Shown: positions 1-12,968, numbered from the whole stretch's first letter. The stretch: DNA of 63,496 nt, filler included, from Syncephalis fuscata S228 (GCA_025786725.1; 3 parts of 3 records of this genome joined end to end with filler, not necessarily neighbours in it), one strand, 5' to 3'. Numbers and translations: made by a program. Notes: generated from the letters alone by a model not told the origin.

Positions 1-2026
1 CATACTAAATGGATGGATAGATTAGCCAAGTATCGTTTAGTGTAATATAACTTACCGCTGTGATATTTGCAATGTTTGCTCAATTGTTGCACTATCTGGC
101 ACATACAATCCAAGTCGATAACTGGAATCCTTATGCGATCGCATTAAATCAGAGACCGCTGATGGATCGCCTAGTCGTATAGTTTCATGGATGGCCCACA
201 ATGCTGCAATTGAAATCTGTAATAAATGTGTTATTAATTCACAATTAGTTGTATTAAATGTTAACGTCAATTATATTTACCCGATCATCACGACTGGCCA
301 CCATTCTTGACACGGCAGCGGCACAGCTTGGCATCAGAAATGTGGCATCGAGCAGTAAATGTAAAAGATTGTAGTCATCTTCAATGGATCGAAGAATATC
401 AGTTACACATTCTAGCGCTTCAATAGCTTCGGAGTTGGTCTTCTAGTTACGGCTGCACGGACATACAATACATTACGATGAATAGCATGTTCAATCGAGT
501 GTCGCATAAGTGGTGAAGATAGTATTAATGTTAATGTTAATGTTAACGTTGCTATTACTAATGATTAATAATGCAGTTTACCTTTTCACGTGCTAATCTA
601 TACACATCGTGTACTAGACGCCAACGTTGCCAGAATATCTTACGCCGCGCTTCAGTATCCCTTTGTGCACTTGACTCATCATCGTTTGTTTCATTGATAT
701 GTGACGTTGCAGCATGGCTAGTACTTGCATGCAGTACCAATGCCATAAAAGCTTTACGTAATAAACCAGTCTAGATTTATTAAGCCATCAATTAACCTGT
801 TATATATGATCTATCTACTAATACATTCATTACGCCAGTTTCTTCAAGTAATGTTGCCATTAGACTGTCACCGGCATCACTGTCATCGTCACTGACCGAT
901 TCATCTCGTCCATAGCAGCTGCCATTACTGCCATTTCCTCTTGCATGTTTGGCAAATGTTAGCCGTCCATTGGCTAGATTTCTACTCAGGTTTATATGCT
1001 GTTGTCGTTGTACAGCACCCAGCAACTCTAATATAATAGGCTGTGCTAATCGTCGAACACGAACATCATCATAACGAATACACTGCAGAGCAACACGCAT
1101 TACAGCAATAGCAACCTATGTGCATATAAATGTGTATCAGTTGGCTGTAATTTGCCATTTATTTAATTTAAATTACCTCACTTTGAAGCCGGGCAAGCAA
1201 TAGACTTGTTTGTCCTGAAAATGCATCAGCGGCCACATCCAACACCGACTGGCCCAACGATAAAAACGGCACCATTGTGTCGACATCTTCTTCGGATGGC
1301 TCACTATGTGCATTGTCAGCATTATCCAACTATATTAATACAAACAGTAGTGCTTACCAAACATACAGTGCTGCACCAGCATCAATAAGTAATTGTTCAA
1401 CGGGACGCCATGCTGTCGTTTGTAATTTGGCAACATAGCGTCGACCAGTATTGCCAAGTAGCTCGACCACATCCATACAGGCTAGATCGGTAAGGAGTCG
1501 TTCAAACCAGCCTAGCGTGTATTCTAGCATGCCACATGGTAGCTATACATATATCAACAATAAACCATTTAACACTGGCATAAATCATTTAACCAGCATA
1601 TATGCACTTACATCGATAGAGGCATAGCCGGCAATATCGCCTAGTATGCCTTCTCGAGCAGCAAAGCTCCAACAAGGCGGTAGAGTAGGAGCGCATACCA
1701 CCGCCGGATCCAGGTTGCCTGCACCTTCCGTGGCATCTTCAAATAGCAGACGCCACATGCGCTCCATTCTATAGGTTAACTCAGTGTTTTCAATGTGTAC
1801 AGGAACTAACAAGAAGAACAGCAATGCGGCATATCTATAATTAGTACTGAGCTTTCCCCACACTTGCCTACTTACCCCGTGCTCGCCGAAGTTCCATAAA
1901 TGCGCCTAATACACTTAGCCAATGGTCACGGAACTGTCGGAGCCGGCGATTGGTGCTGCCATCATCGGTTCGATGTGCCAAAGAAGAGACTGGCCGTTCA
2001 AAAGTGGCGCTATTGCGTCCAGACAT
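1..2026 (-). CDS. FHIP/FAM160 (RAI16-like) family protein, multi-exon, continues beyond window start
   Basis: Manual splicing from ATG 2026 (GT..AG introns, e.g. donor 1875) gives RLRQFRDHW...PCWSFAAREGILGDIAGYASIDLPCGMLEYTLGWFERLLTDL...WRPVEQLL. This resembles the FAM160/FHIP N-terminus (F..HW; PCLEY...IL..L......P.GM......F...L; HRPVQKLL). Confidence 0.55.
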
Positions 2027-3538
2027 AATATATGTATTGTATGTATGTATATATGTATATATATAGGCAGCTATTGGCAACAAACGTATATGCTTGACAA
2101 TCAATGCAAAATCGTGTAATCAGTAGTAATAAACGTCAACTGAACAGGATGATATCACGTAGACAATATAAATGAATAATATACTAGCGTCAGTGCTTAG
2201 CACTAAATAAAAGTGCAGAGTCTATCTAAAAAGGAATGGAAAGAATAAAATTGGGAAAGGTGTTGATTGCAGGCTAATCTGTTGGCGGCTCCCTTTGACG
2301 GCCAATATACTGCTCGTTAAGCGTGGGCGTGCGTTTGCGTGCGTTAAGTGGAAAACAGGTTAAGCACAAACAAGAATATGCATACAGTGAATGAGTATTG
2401 GTAGTGACTAATCTTTGCAAGTGACGTTGTTGTTGTTGACAAAAAGAAAGAAAGAAAAGGTAAGATGCTTTGGTAAAAGCAATTAGGATTGCTGTAAAAT
2501 ATACACACTAGATCAACAGCCCATAAACTAGGTTAGAGTAAACAAACAAACAAAATAAGAAGGATAGAAGGAAACAGGGTAAAGGACAGGAGATCTTGAA
2601 TAGCAAATAGCTTAGAAACCAGGTAGAGTGGAAAAGGAGAACCTAAAGAAAGAAAAATCCGACCGATAATAATGAATTAGTCGATATGTCCGTAAAAAAC
2701 AGTGATAAACTCCGCTGAAAAGAAATGCAATTGGCGAAGTGTCCAAATTGGGCCAAGGAAAGCGGAGAAAAGTGTCACAATACAGCAAAGGCCAGTTGAG
2801 AATAGTTGGATTATATTAGTGATAATGACACAGCGTAAAGCTGTTCAAATGATTTTTTACGCACTGCCAAGTGCATATTGATAAATTGACACATGCACAC
2901 ACACATGTATACTCTCAAGGCAGATGAAGTTATTGTGGTCCGCAATAACATTGTTGTTACAGTTACTTAATTTTTATAAATTAAAGTTTCAATTTACATT
3001 CCGGCAAATTGCTGTGCGTAACACACACACACACATCCCTACTATTGATATTTAATATAGCTTAAATTATCAGAATTGCACAATTAAACCTTTTTATAAG
3101 TAGTTGTCTATAATTATATTTGGAATAAGAGTACTACTAATATTAATCGTTATATTCTATTGAATTGATAGTATACTTGATTAAGCCATTTACTTTATTT
3201 ACTCTCTCTCACAGTTGTTTAATAATTGATTGCGATATCTTAACAATGGTATTGTAATAATATAATAAATGTACATTATGAATATTGTAATTATTTATTA
3301 TGAATAATGCATGATATTTAATCAAAATGAAAATGTCGTAATTATTGTGTTCAAAGGGTACGTGTACACACAAAACACGTCATAGAAACAAGTCGTAATG
3401 TAGTACTAAATAGAGCCATTAAGCGTAATTAATAAACCATGCTTGTATAATGGCCAAAGATGTGACGACATTAAAAAGATTAAGCAGTAGTAGTTCTACA
3501 TAATTACAAATGTTATTATTATGTAAAGTACTATCTAC

Positions 3539-5707
3539 TTAGTATTCGTAGCTTTCTTCGTACGATGACGAGTACGATTCGCTTGAAGAGTAGCCTGATT
3601 CATAGTGTGATTCGGTTGTTGTTTCGTAGCCGTTTTCTGTTACGGTGGTTGTAGTATTGCTTGACCAGTAAGGCAACGATTCCTTCCATTCGTAGGTCCA
3701 GTTCTCCTTGACCACCTTGTTCAAATCGAGTAGAGAGCCGTTTTGGACACCAGCTTGCTTCGAATCACCAATGATGGCTGTAAGCTTTTGTTCAACTGTT
3801 GCAGCATTATAAACACTTGGTGGTGATGGGTTGTCTTGTTTGCCGTTTATGGCACCATTGGTGCTGTAGCTGCTGTGTTCGACAATATCGGCTGTTTGCT
3901 TACGCAGCTCCATAGCCGCTTTACGTGGATCAGCTTCTGGGCTAGTGGCATTTGTGGGTACTTCAACGGGTACGGCAACATTAGATGTAAGACCAGTGGC
4001 TTCAAACGACGTATGGCCAGCTGCCAATAGCTGGGCCAGCTGATCGGCACGGTTACCCAAAGCACAGGGTGAGACGTAACCGGGAATGGCGTTAATTGGA
4101 TCGTAGATTGTTTGCTTGTAGATGGCTTCGTATTTACGAACAGTTTCCTTATCGTATTTGTTCATAATAATCCATCGCTCATCAATGGCCGCTGGCATTT
4201 GGATTTTGGTAAGCGAAATAACCTTTTCTTCTTCTTCAGTATCATTGGATGAAGCGGGAATGTTAGCAGCAAGAATGGTAGTATTCCTAGCTGGAGTAGC
4301 TGGAGTAGTAGTATTAACAGCTTCAACAGGGATAGAAATGGTAGTATTAACAGCTGGAGAAGTATCAACGGCTTCAGGAGTGGTAATAACAGCTGGAGAA
4401 ATATCAACAATCTCAGAAGTAGCATAGGCATCTGCATTAGCAGTACTGCTAGATTCGGCAGTGGCATAAGTATTTTCATTAGCAGTATTAGCATCGGCAG
4501 TGGCATAGCTCTGGCGACGTTCAAGCTGCTGGCGTCTATGGCGTTTGTTTTGACGGCCCTTCTGCTTGTTCTTCTTGTTGCTCTTCTTCTTGCCAGCACC
4601 CTTGATAGGCTTGAACTTGCCACGCCAGGCTTGTTCTTTCTTGGGTACTTTCTTGGCGGGTGGTTCTGGCTTATCCTTAGCTGAATTCTGTCCATTATTT
4701 GGCTTCTGCTCTTCAGCTGGTGGTGTTGCGGGCTGAGCAGGCTTATCGGTACCTGGTTCGCCATTACCATTGTTGCTAACGTCATCTGGAGTCAGTTCAT
4801 CGTAGGTGTAGCATAAGGCACGTGTATCCAACACCTGGCGAACACGAACGTTGTTCCATGGTCGGATAGGATCATCAGGACTGGCGCCATTACGCTGATT
4901 CTCTTTTGGTCCATTGTAAGTATTGGCTAGATTTGGATATGCCTTTTGCCACTGCGTCCACAATTTATCGATCATGCCATGATGCATAAAGAAAATTGGA
5001 TCATTTGGACTGTGCATGGTGGACATCATACCGCCAATACCCATATGAACGACACCATGAGGAATCATCTCAAGCTGTTGGCGGAAAGCATTATATGACT
5101 TGGCGCGAGTAATAATGCCTTGCAACAACTCGGGAGAGTAAAAGGCCCGCATGCTGCTGGGAGACTCACTAAAGTCACGAGTGAGACAGCCGGGACGAGG
5201 ATAGTATATTTGCATGTTGGCAAACTGGCCATCTGTGACACATTTGTCGCCATCACGGCCATCGCCACCAAAGTAATCGGGACGGAAGATGATTGAAGCT
5301 GATGGGGCCTGTGAATCAATTGACCAATCCCAGTAAGGAAGCATCGTGTCTGGACTGGACTTTTGCAAGTCACGTTCATACAATGCAAGGTAATAGCGAT
5401 GCCATGGGAAAAATAGTGCGTAATTATGGGCGTAGTCACGAGCTTCGTCGTGAATTTTAGCGTATTCATCAAAACGAGATGGCCTTGAGCCCTTTTGGAG
5501 CTCTTTAATGGCTTTGATATAGGCCTGACGCTCTTGAGTGGATAGTGTACGGATTTCTCGTCGAGGACGAATGCCTTTTGGACAATCGCCAAATTGTATT
5601 TGAGGAGCTTGTTGAGCCGTGGCTGTTTGGGCATCAATGGCTACTAGAATTACGGAAATGGAAAGGAGAAGGGCGGCCGGCGCCTTAAAGTAACCAGAAA
5701 ACATCAT
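3539..5707 (-). CDS. Secreted tyrosinase (type-3 di-copper) with long low-complexity C-terminal extension
   Basis: Intronless 722-aa ORF with N-terminal signal peptide, RREIR motif, CuA (H..ARDYAH...FFPWHR) and CuB (PHGVVH...SPNDPIFFMHHGMID) motifs, and LCYTY at the domain end. Confidence 0.93.
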   Translation of the reverse strand: MMFSGYFKAPAALLLSISVILVAIDAQTATAQQAPQIQFGDCPKGIRPRREIRTLSTQERQAYIKAIKELQKGSRPSRFDEYAKIHDEARDYAHNYALFFPWHRYYLALYERDLQKSSPDTMLPYWDWSIDSQAPSASIIFRPDYFGGDGRDGDKCVTDGQFANMQIYYPRPGCLTRDFSESPSSMRAFYSPELLQGIITRAKSYNAFRQQLEMIPHGVVHMGIGGMMSTMHSPNDPIFFMHHGMIDKLWTQWQKAYPNLANTYNGPKENQRNGASPDDPIRPWNNVRVRQVLDTRALCYTYDELTPDDVSNNGNGEPGTDKPAQPATPPAEEQKPNNGQNSAKDKPEPPAKKVPKKEQAWRGKFKPIKGAGKKKSNKKNKQKGRQNKRHRRQQLERRQSYATADANTANENTYATAESSSTANADAYATSEIVDISPAVITTPEAVDTSPAVNTTISIPVEAVNTTTPATPARNTTILAANIPASSNDTEEEEKVISLTKIQMPAAIDERWIIMNKYDKETVRKYEAIYKQTIYDPINAIPGYVSPCALGNRADQLAQLLAAGHTSFEATGLTSNVAVPVEVPTNATSPEADPRKAAMELRKQTADIVEHSSYSTNGAINGKQDNPSPPSVYNAATVEQKLTAIIGDSKQAGVQNGSLLDLNKVVKENWTYEWKESLPYWSSNTTTTVTENGYETTTESHYESGYSSSESYSSSYEESYEY

Positions 5708-5857
5708 CTTACCAAAAAATATTGATAGTATTTTATGTAGATAATTGATCGATGTGCACTTTTAGTAATGAGCAAATTGAATAAATCAAAATAAGAGTTG
5801 TTAACTAGTGCTAATGAAGTAACTGTGTGCAATAGTAAAGTTTGGTATGCAGTAGTG

Positions 5858-5894
5858 AATAGCAAATAGCAAATAGCAAATAGCAAATAGCAAA
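5858..5894. repeat. (AGCAAAT)x5 tandem repeat upstream of tyrosinase
   Basis: Directly visible 7-bp tandem units. Confidence 0.85.
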
Positions 5895-6842
5895 GACGGC
5901 CGGCGTCTACAAAATAGCAATACTCCTAGATGTAAAATTTGTGCAATACAACGTGCAATAAGGTAGACTGCAAATGAAAATGAAAATGTGTGTAATGGTG
6001 GTGTAGTGCAGTATAGCGGTTAATTGTAGATGTCAAAATGTAACGATTTAGTGTATGTATGAAGAAGTATGAGTGAGTGTTGCGTCTTGCGCCAATATTG
6101 AACTATAGGAATTGTCTGGCAAACAAGCAACTTTAAAGCATCAAATGCCTGTCGTATGTTGTCGTCGTACATGTTACACGGAGATAAACAATACATGGTG
6201 CTTCGATACAGCCACCTAAAACGCGTCATAAGCATCGATGCTTCCTTCATACAGTATCATGGTAAATCTGTTCTACCGGCTGTGGATAAGACAACTTTTA
6301 TCTCCGCGTTTTAACATTAACCCATTTATTTCCAAACTGGGATTGCTCTTTTGAAAGTTGGCACTACGCCACTATGCGTCGTTCACGCCTTGTTTTAGTG
6401 TTGTCATAGTTGACCATGTTGGGCAGTTGTTTCACAGCTTTGATACATTTAATTGATATCCACTGTTGCTACTAAAAATACATGGCTATGGTTCAATCAT
6501 TGACTTTTATAGCAAACTGTAGAACGCAAGTTTCGCTTATACAAAAAGGTGCATCTTATAGTAAAAAATTCGTTTAATTGAAATAAACGCAAACCAAAAT
6601 CGGGTGCGGTAACCCAGTATTTGTTGCAAACATCATCTAAGAGGCCCCCTGAAATAAGTAAAACATCTTATAATTGCTAAAAATACTATTGATACCCCAT
6701 TAATGGTCATTAGACAGTGTAACTGAACATTGCTCCAATAAGTCTGGGTAATAATGAATAATATAAGCCAACACAACATCAGTACCACCAATAACACTGT
6801 TCTAATTATATATTGCGTTTATTTGCATAATGATGTTACTAA

Positions 6843-8060
6843 AAAGGAAAATTAGAAAAATACACCGTTTTTAACTTTTACCATAATAAATTTATTTAAT
6901 AAATAAATCATTTTTTATTTGCTCCACACTTCATTTTTTGTAATAACGTTTAGCACAAGTTAAATACTCTTTAACAGTATGTTTTCTTTCTTGATAGCTG
7001 TTTCATTAGTAGTTTTTATCTGTTTAATAAAAACGTTTATTACAACATCAACTACTGCTTCAATACTATTAGTACTAATTTTACATATTATATTTTGTAT
7101 TGTATTTTTTAAATGTATTTACCATAAGTATATTGTTAAAAGTTTTTTAAAAATAAAATGCAATTGGCATTGCTGTCAATATTGCTACAATTAACTAAAC
7201 TACGTAAATAAGTAAAGTTTCAAATTAAAATTGTTGCATTTATTGTAATCAACTTTTTCCCATCAGGCAATTTAGCTTTGTAACTTTTATTATTCAATAA
7301 TATTATAACTACATAATACTGTTACTCAATAATAATAAAAATGACTTTTATAATCCAATTCATTTAGCTTATATTAGAATCCATACAATTACAACGTTTG
7401 TTATAGATATGCTAATTTGAGCTATTTTTATAAGTTATTTAATAATAATAATAATTAAATTGATATTAAACATTTGATTAAATCATTATTTCTATTTCTT
7501 TTCCTTCTTTGGTTACTTGGCCAGTATTGCATCATTTTATTACTATTGCTATAACAATGCCATTTTTTATTGAATCAAAAGCAAATCAAGCTTTGTGATA
7601 AAAACAATAACATTTATTAAGCTGTTACAATTGCTAGTGTATATTAAATAATTAAATGTGTACTTTATGCTTTTACTTGTACATATTTTGGTTTTACATT
7701 TGAGAATATAGCAACATCATTTGTAATATGTTTAGCAATAGATTTAATAGTATCATTGCCAGAATCATATGTACAACCATTAAAGTGCTTAATATTGTAC
7801 TGGGTAATTTTTACTAGGCCAGTTTTCTGCTTTTTGGTAGTCAAAACAAACTGATATTTGTTGCTGGAATGGTCTTTATGGGGATAAATACGCTATAATT
7901 TTGCTGAATCACTATTTTCCCTCTTAAAACTGCAATTGTTAACAAGCTTAGACTTATCAACAGCGGCCCTCAGTTTTTCAATACTGTTAAATATAGCTTT
8001 TTAAATAATTTGGTAAACATTTGGTAGATTTTTCAAAACGGTGTATTTAATAAATAAAAT
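6843..8060 (-). mobile_element. Decayed Mutator-like (MULE) element, copy A
   Basis: Homologous along its length to 54366-55325 and begins with the same terminal motif (AAGGAAAATTAGAAAAATACAC). Minus strand 8027-7670 translates, with stops, to FNSIEKLRAAVD..KLVNNCSFKRENSD...RIY.....KYQFVLT.KK......I.....H..GC, a MuDR-type N-terminal zinc/DNA-binding domain. Confidence 0.65.
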
Positions 8061-9335
8061 CAAAAAACTATATTTTTTCTACTAAAATAGCTTTTAATAA
8101 TATCACTCTATATATAAACTTTTACTATTGCTATTACACTAATCTACTGCACTATTGGTAACATAGCAATAAAATGTCACCATTATTTATGATCCATTAG
8201 TCGTACAATAAAAAGCCATTTATTTATTATATTTTTGTGCAAATATACCCATTTATTTAAAGTATGGCTTGTTAGCTTAAAAGAAACCACTGCTAATAAT
8301 CTAACAATAAACCAGTTACTAATTACTGTAACATAATAGCTTAAGCGCACAGTACAAACGTTATAGAACTATATCATGGGAATATGCAAACAATCTATTA
8401 AAGCGTAATTTGGCGATATACCCATTCATCGCCATACTAATAAGTCTATGTGAACACAAAATCATTGACGCCATTTTAAATTTCATTTATGTTTATGCAC
8501 AACAAGCAAAATAGCACTTGCGCGGCTAGTTTTTCTAAATCGCTGCCAATCACCGATGGGTGTTATACCCCACATACACATATAAACGGAACATCTACAC
8601 ACAGACGATCGATAACTCCGCTTCTTCTCAGATCAATAGGTGATCAGTCGACAGCATTGGCATAAAAAATGTCGACACGCTGTCAATTATAACTTTACGT
8701 GCGGAGCCTGACCATTTCTCAGGCTTTTGCAAACCAGCTAACAACAATCATAAGCCATTCTCATCTTATCGTTCAAGTCCGACAAGGCGCGTGACCTCTA
8801 CGGACCTACGAGCTAAGTAATTATAGATCTAGTGTCCTTTTTCTTAGATGCACACGCACACACGCATCCGTTTACAGTAATACCAATGCATACTACTCTT
8901 CCCTTCCTCTCTTACTCTCAGGCAATCTAGTTATGACCACATTCAAAGTCATTGACATGTCGGAGCTGATAAGGGTCAGTACCAATTGGAGCAACTGCAG
9001 CTGCAGCTGGCTATGAAAGAGGCGTTGCGGTAAAAAAAACCTGCACTGCCTTAAATCTGCACAATGTCGGCCATTAGCAGTCAATTAGCGATGGGAAAAT
9101 ATCTCACGTGAATTATGCCCCACATCCATTAGCGATAGCTTTTAAACAATGTCAGCTTCTAAAGATCATTATTACTATAGACACTGGTATTCTAATATAT
9201 TAATGGCTGTAATGACATTTTATTATTATCGATTTCAGTTCCGCCCCTAGTTTATGGCGCGAATTACGCAGCGGTTCGTGTGAACTAGCCAGAACACCGC
9301 AACTACTTGCGCCATTGCGCTACTGCAGTCTTGTC

Positions 9336-10297
9336 TATAAATGTACCTCCTGGCCGCCCATCGTCCTTCCGCTTCTTCTCTTCTACATCATCGGCGTCAT
9401 CTATCTACTCGTTCACCCACTTGCTGCTCACCACTGCCACTTGTCACATTTATCTGTCATTAATCGTTTGCCTGTCCTCTCCCCTCGCCTCTCCTTCCTT
9501 CAAACTTTTCTAATTGTCTTTATTTGTTGATATCCATTCCACGATAGTTATTGTTTCGCCTGTTGACTGCCATTGGTGGACACCTTCCCCTTAAACCGGT
9601 ATACGGAAGTTCCTTGCTTGAGCTGCAGCTGCACGACAATCCACGCGGTATACCGCTTTCGCCTAGCTATTCGTCATAGTCCGTCTCGTTGATTAATCAA
9701 GCCCAGCCTCTGGTGAGTAGAACAACAGTAGCCTTATCATGAACTTGCACTTGTGTACCATTGAATGAAAAACCGCCAGTTAAGAACGAATGTTTTACTG
9801 CATGGCATAAAATGTTGACCCGTTTTCGGCGCAATACTGGTTATGTTCTTGATCTTTTTGGCTTTTGCATTTCACACGAGTAAGCGAACAGGACTGTGTA
9901 TAAGGGGAACAACGACTTCATAAAGGCCTTGGTGAACTGGTGTATCATTTTTTTACATTTAGTTCTTCAAAACGACCAATTCTATTTGCTTGCTCCCCCT
10001 TTAGTACTCCGTGCGCGCATCACATTTGCAACCTCCCAGTTATTTGACACTGCAACAACCTATCCTCCAGCAACTATTTATGTACTATTGCTGCAAACCC
10101 TTTTCTTTGCCATAATACCTATTTATCTTTTTATTACCCACCGAAGATACTACTGGCCACGACCATTTATAAATCTTTATAACGTACGTGTGTGCGTGTG
10201 TAGGCAAACAATAGCTCTCCTTGCCAAGTTTGTGGTGCCAAGGCACATTTTAATAGCCATTGATTTTATTAGTAACCATACTAACTTTAGTACTTAG
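9336..10297 (+). promoter_or_regulatory. TATA box, pyrimidine-rich leader and putative ~580-nt 5'UTR intron of the MFS gene
   Basis: TATAAA at 9336, CT-rich leader, GTGAGT donor at 9713, perfect TACTAAC branch point at 10279, acceptor AG at 10290 or 10297, ATG at 10385. Confidence 0.5.
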
Positions 10298-10384
10298 AAT
10301 TTTTATTTACCTTACAATCATTTACTTTAGTGCTAAAAAGGTTTATTAGCTGACACATTGGCTCCTTAATCAATCCATCACGCT

Positions 10385-12124
10385 ATGACAAGTAAACAAG
10401 CGGCCGACCAGCATGCGCTGCAAATGGAATCTGGATCAACGGTGGTGCCTACGAGTGGCCATCATCAACCAACCTATGCCACCGTAGTACCAACGGCCAG
10501 AGACGATGACGAACACTCTGATGCTTCTTCTACGAACATTGTACTTCGTGTTATTAAACGCCACTACAGTGGTAATGAACTTAAACGAACAGATGCTCAA
10601 ATTGAGCGTGAACGTACTTTTTTTGGCGGCTTTGCCTTTAATCGCTGGTTTTTGTTTCCGGCCGCCGTTCTTATTCAATTCTGTTGCGGCTCTCTCTACG
10701 CATGGAGCGTATTCAACAAACCAATCGACAAAGTCATCAACGGTAATCCCGCTGCCGATAAGGCACCTACCACTTTCTACATTGCCGTTGGCTGCTTTGG
10801 TGTTTCTGCCGCCGTTATGGGTCCATGGCTAGAACGCAACGGCCCACGTATGGGTGTACTACTTGGCGCCACTCTCTTTTTCATTGGCAATCTTTTGACT
10901 GCACTTGCTATCCACGTCAAGCATATGTGGCTGGTCTATGTAGGCTACGGTGTCATTGCCGGTTATGGCATTGGCTTGTCGTATATTTCACCAGTCTCTG
11001 CTTTACAGAAATGGTTCCCCGACCATCGTGGTATGGCTTCCGGCTTTGCTGTTTGCGGCTTCGGTGCCGGCTCCATTGCTATTGCCAAAATCCCTGACCC
11101 ACTTTCTGCGTCAGTTGGCCTACCGCTGACTTTTGTCATTTTGGGCTCATGCTACTTTGTCCTTATGGTCTTCAGCGCCTATATCCTCCGTATTCCTCCG
11201 CCTGATTATAGCGTTAAAGGCATGACCTCTGATGGTGACAAGGCTAATGATGCAGCCATCCCCACCACGGATATGAAAGAGCACGGTGCCAACTACCACT
11301 CGGTTGCCATCAACGAACAAAAGGCCAACGAACCACCTACGCGCATTAAATTGACTCTTATTCAGAGCTTGACCAACCGTGAATTCTACATTCTTTACGT
11401 AGTCTTTTTTGCCAACTCTGTGTTCGGTCTTGTAGCCATTTCACGTCTTTCCAACATGATTACCGATTTGTTTGGCAAATCACCCGATGCCGCCTCAACT
11501 ATTGTATCAATCAACGGCGGTCTTAACTTGGCCGGCCGCTTGGTCTTTGCTACTGTCTCCGATAAATTCGGCCGTAAAATCTGCTATGTTGTTATGCTTA
11601 CGCTACAAACCATTGGCCTTATTCTATTGCCTATCTTCACGACACACCAAGTCTACCCGGCCTTCTTGGCAGTTGTGCTTATTATGACGGCTTGCTATGG
11701 CGGTGGCTTTGGCGTCATTCCCGCTTTTCTTACTGATATGTTTGGTAGCAAAAACATTGGTGCCTGCCATGGTGTCATTCTTACTGCTTGGGCCATTGCC
11801 GGTGTTGCTGGTGGTCTTATCTTCACACGTGTCTACCAGGATCAACTTCAAGCCTTTGGCGGCACTCACACCGTCAATGAGCCTCACGGATACAACATTA
11901 ACTTTTACTGGATTTTGGCCATCTGCGCTCTTGGTTGGGTTGTTGTTATGTTCTCGCGCACTTCCATACGCGATCGTTTGTTCCCATCTATTAAGGGTGA
12001 GATCATTCGTGTTCGTCTATTTGGTCGTCTTCTTCGCATCAGCTCTTCAAATGGAATTGAACTTCTTAGCAAGGCTGAAGAAGATCGCATCTGGCGTGAA
12101 CATTGGGCATCCAAATCTGGTTAA
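10385..12124 (+). CDS. MFS transporter, oxalate:formate antiporter (OFA/YhjX-like) monocarboxylate family
   Basis: Intronless 579-aa ORF with about 12 hydrophobic segments and motifs GSLYAWSVFNKP, LQKWFPDHRGMASGFAVCGFGAG, SDKFGRK, CYGGGFGVIPAFL.D.FG. Confidence 0.9.
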   Translation: MTSKQAADQHALQMESGSTVVPTSGHHQPTYATVVPTARDDDEHSDASSTNIVLRVIKRHYSGNELKRTDAQIERERTFFGGFAFNRWFLFPAAVLIQFCCGSLYAWSVFNKPIDKVINGNPAADKAPTTFYIAVGCFGVSAAVMGPWLERNGPRMGVLLGATLFFIGNLLTALAIHVKHMWLVYVGYGVIAGYGIGLSYISPVSALQKWFPDHRGMASGFAVCGFGAGSIAIAKIPDPLSASVGLPLTFVILGSCYFVLMVFSAYILRIPPPDYSVKGMTSDGDKANDAAIPTTDMKEHGANYHSVAINEQKANEPPTRIKLTLIQSLTNREFYILYVVFFANSVFGLVAISRLSNMITDLFGKSPDAASTIVSINGGLNLAGRLVFATVSDKFGRKICYVVMLTLQTIGLILLPIFTTHQVYPAFLAVVLIMTACYGGGFGVIPAFLTDMFGSKNIGACHGVILTAWAIAGVAGGLIFTRVYQDQLQAFGGTHTVNEPHGYNINFYWILAICALGWVVVMFSRTSIRDRLFPSIKGEIIRVRLFGRLLRISSSNGIELLSKAEEDRIWREHWASKSG

Positions 12125-12968
12125 ATCGTACAGTAGATATCAATAAAATAGTATTTCATTTATTGTAATAATAATAATAATAATAATAGTCATTAACTAA
12201 TGTTTGATGTCAACAAACCGTTTAATGTTTAAAAAACAGTTTGCTATTTGGTTCAAAAGACTTTTAATCCATCCATTCATCTATGATGATGATGGCTATG
12301 ATAGGTGGTTGTCCGATTAATCTAACTTGTTTTTTACTTGTAATGTTTGAACCACAAATAAACCATTTGTAACCAATCATTTGCTACAGTTCAGTGAAAC
12401 TATTGAGTGAACAAGTATCAAGTTTGACACTCGCCTTTATTAGTCATTGCATATTCTTCTACAGAGCTAATCTGCACCAATGATCAGGCCAGCACAATAG
12501 CGCTTTGTTGCAACGGTTTTGATATTTGCTAAATGATAGTACAGTGTAACGACATTATATTAAAATAAAACACATTTTACTACCACGTGCATCAATCTAT
12601 TAATATGTGGCTTGCAACATGTATTTATCAACGATGGTTTACAGCTTTAATCCATGTGCGTTACACAAACAGGTAATGTGCAGTAGAAAAAAATTTTGTA
12701 GGAATGGCAAATGCCGGGCGAACCAATCAATGGCTCCTTGCACCTACACGGACAAGTCACACACATATACATATCGCTCACTTCTACGACATGACGTGTC
12801 CGGGCAAGTTTAGCACCTTTCCTCCAGCTCTTTCCACCCAAACTTTTACCAAACAGTCCGTCTAGCCGGTATTCTTTTCGCTAGCAATATGAATACAGTA
12901 TAATTTGCCAGTCGCAAGAGTTCTAGTCCATCGATTATTTACCTGGTCAAATTAAACGACTATTGAAC

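Noticed and set aside
10436-12146. Overlapping and antisense ORFs within MFS, tyrosinase, LeuRS, RPL22 and DHA2 genes
   Set aside because: Shadow frames of real genes caused by codon bias.
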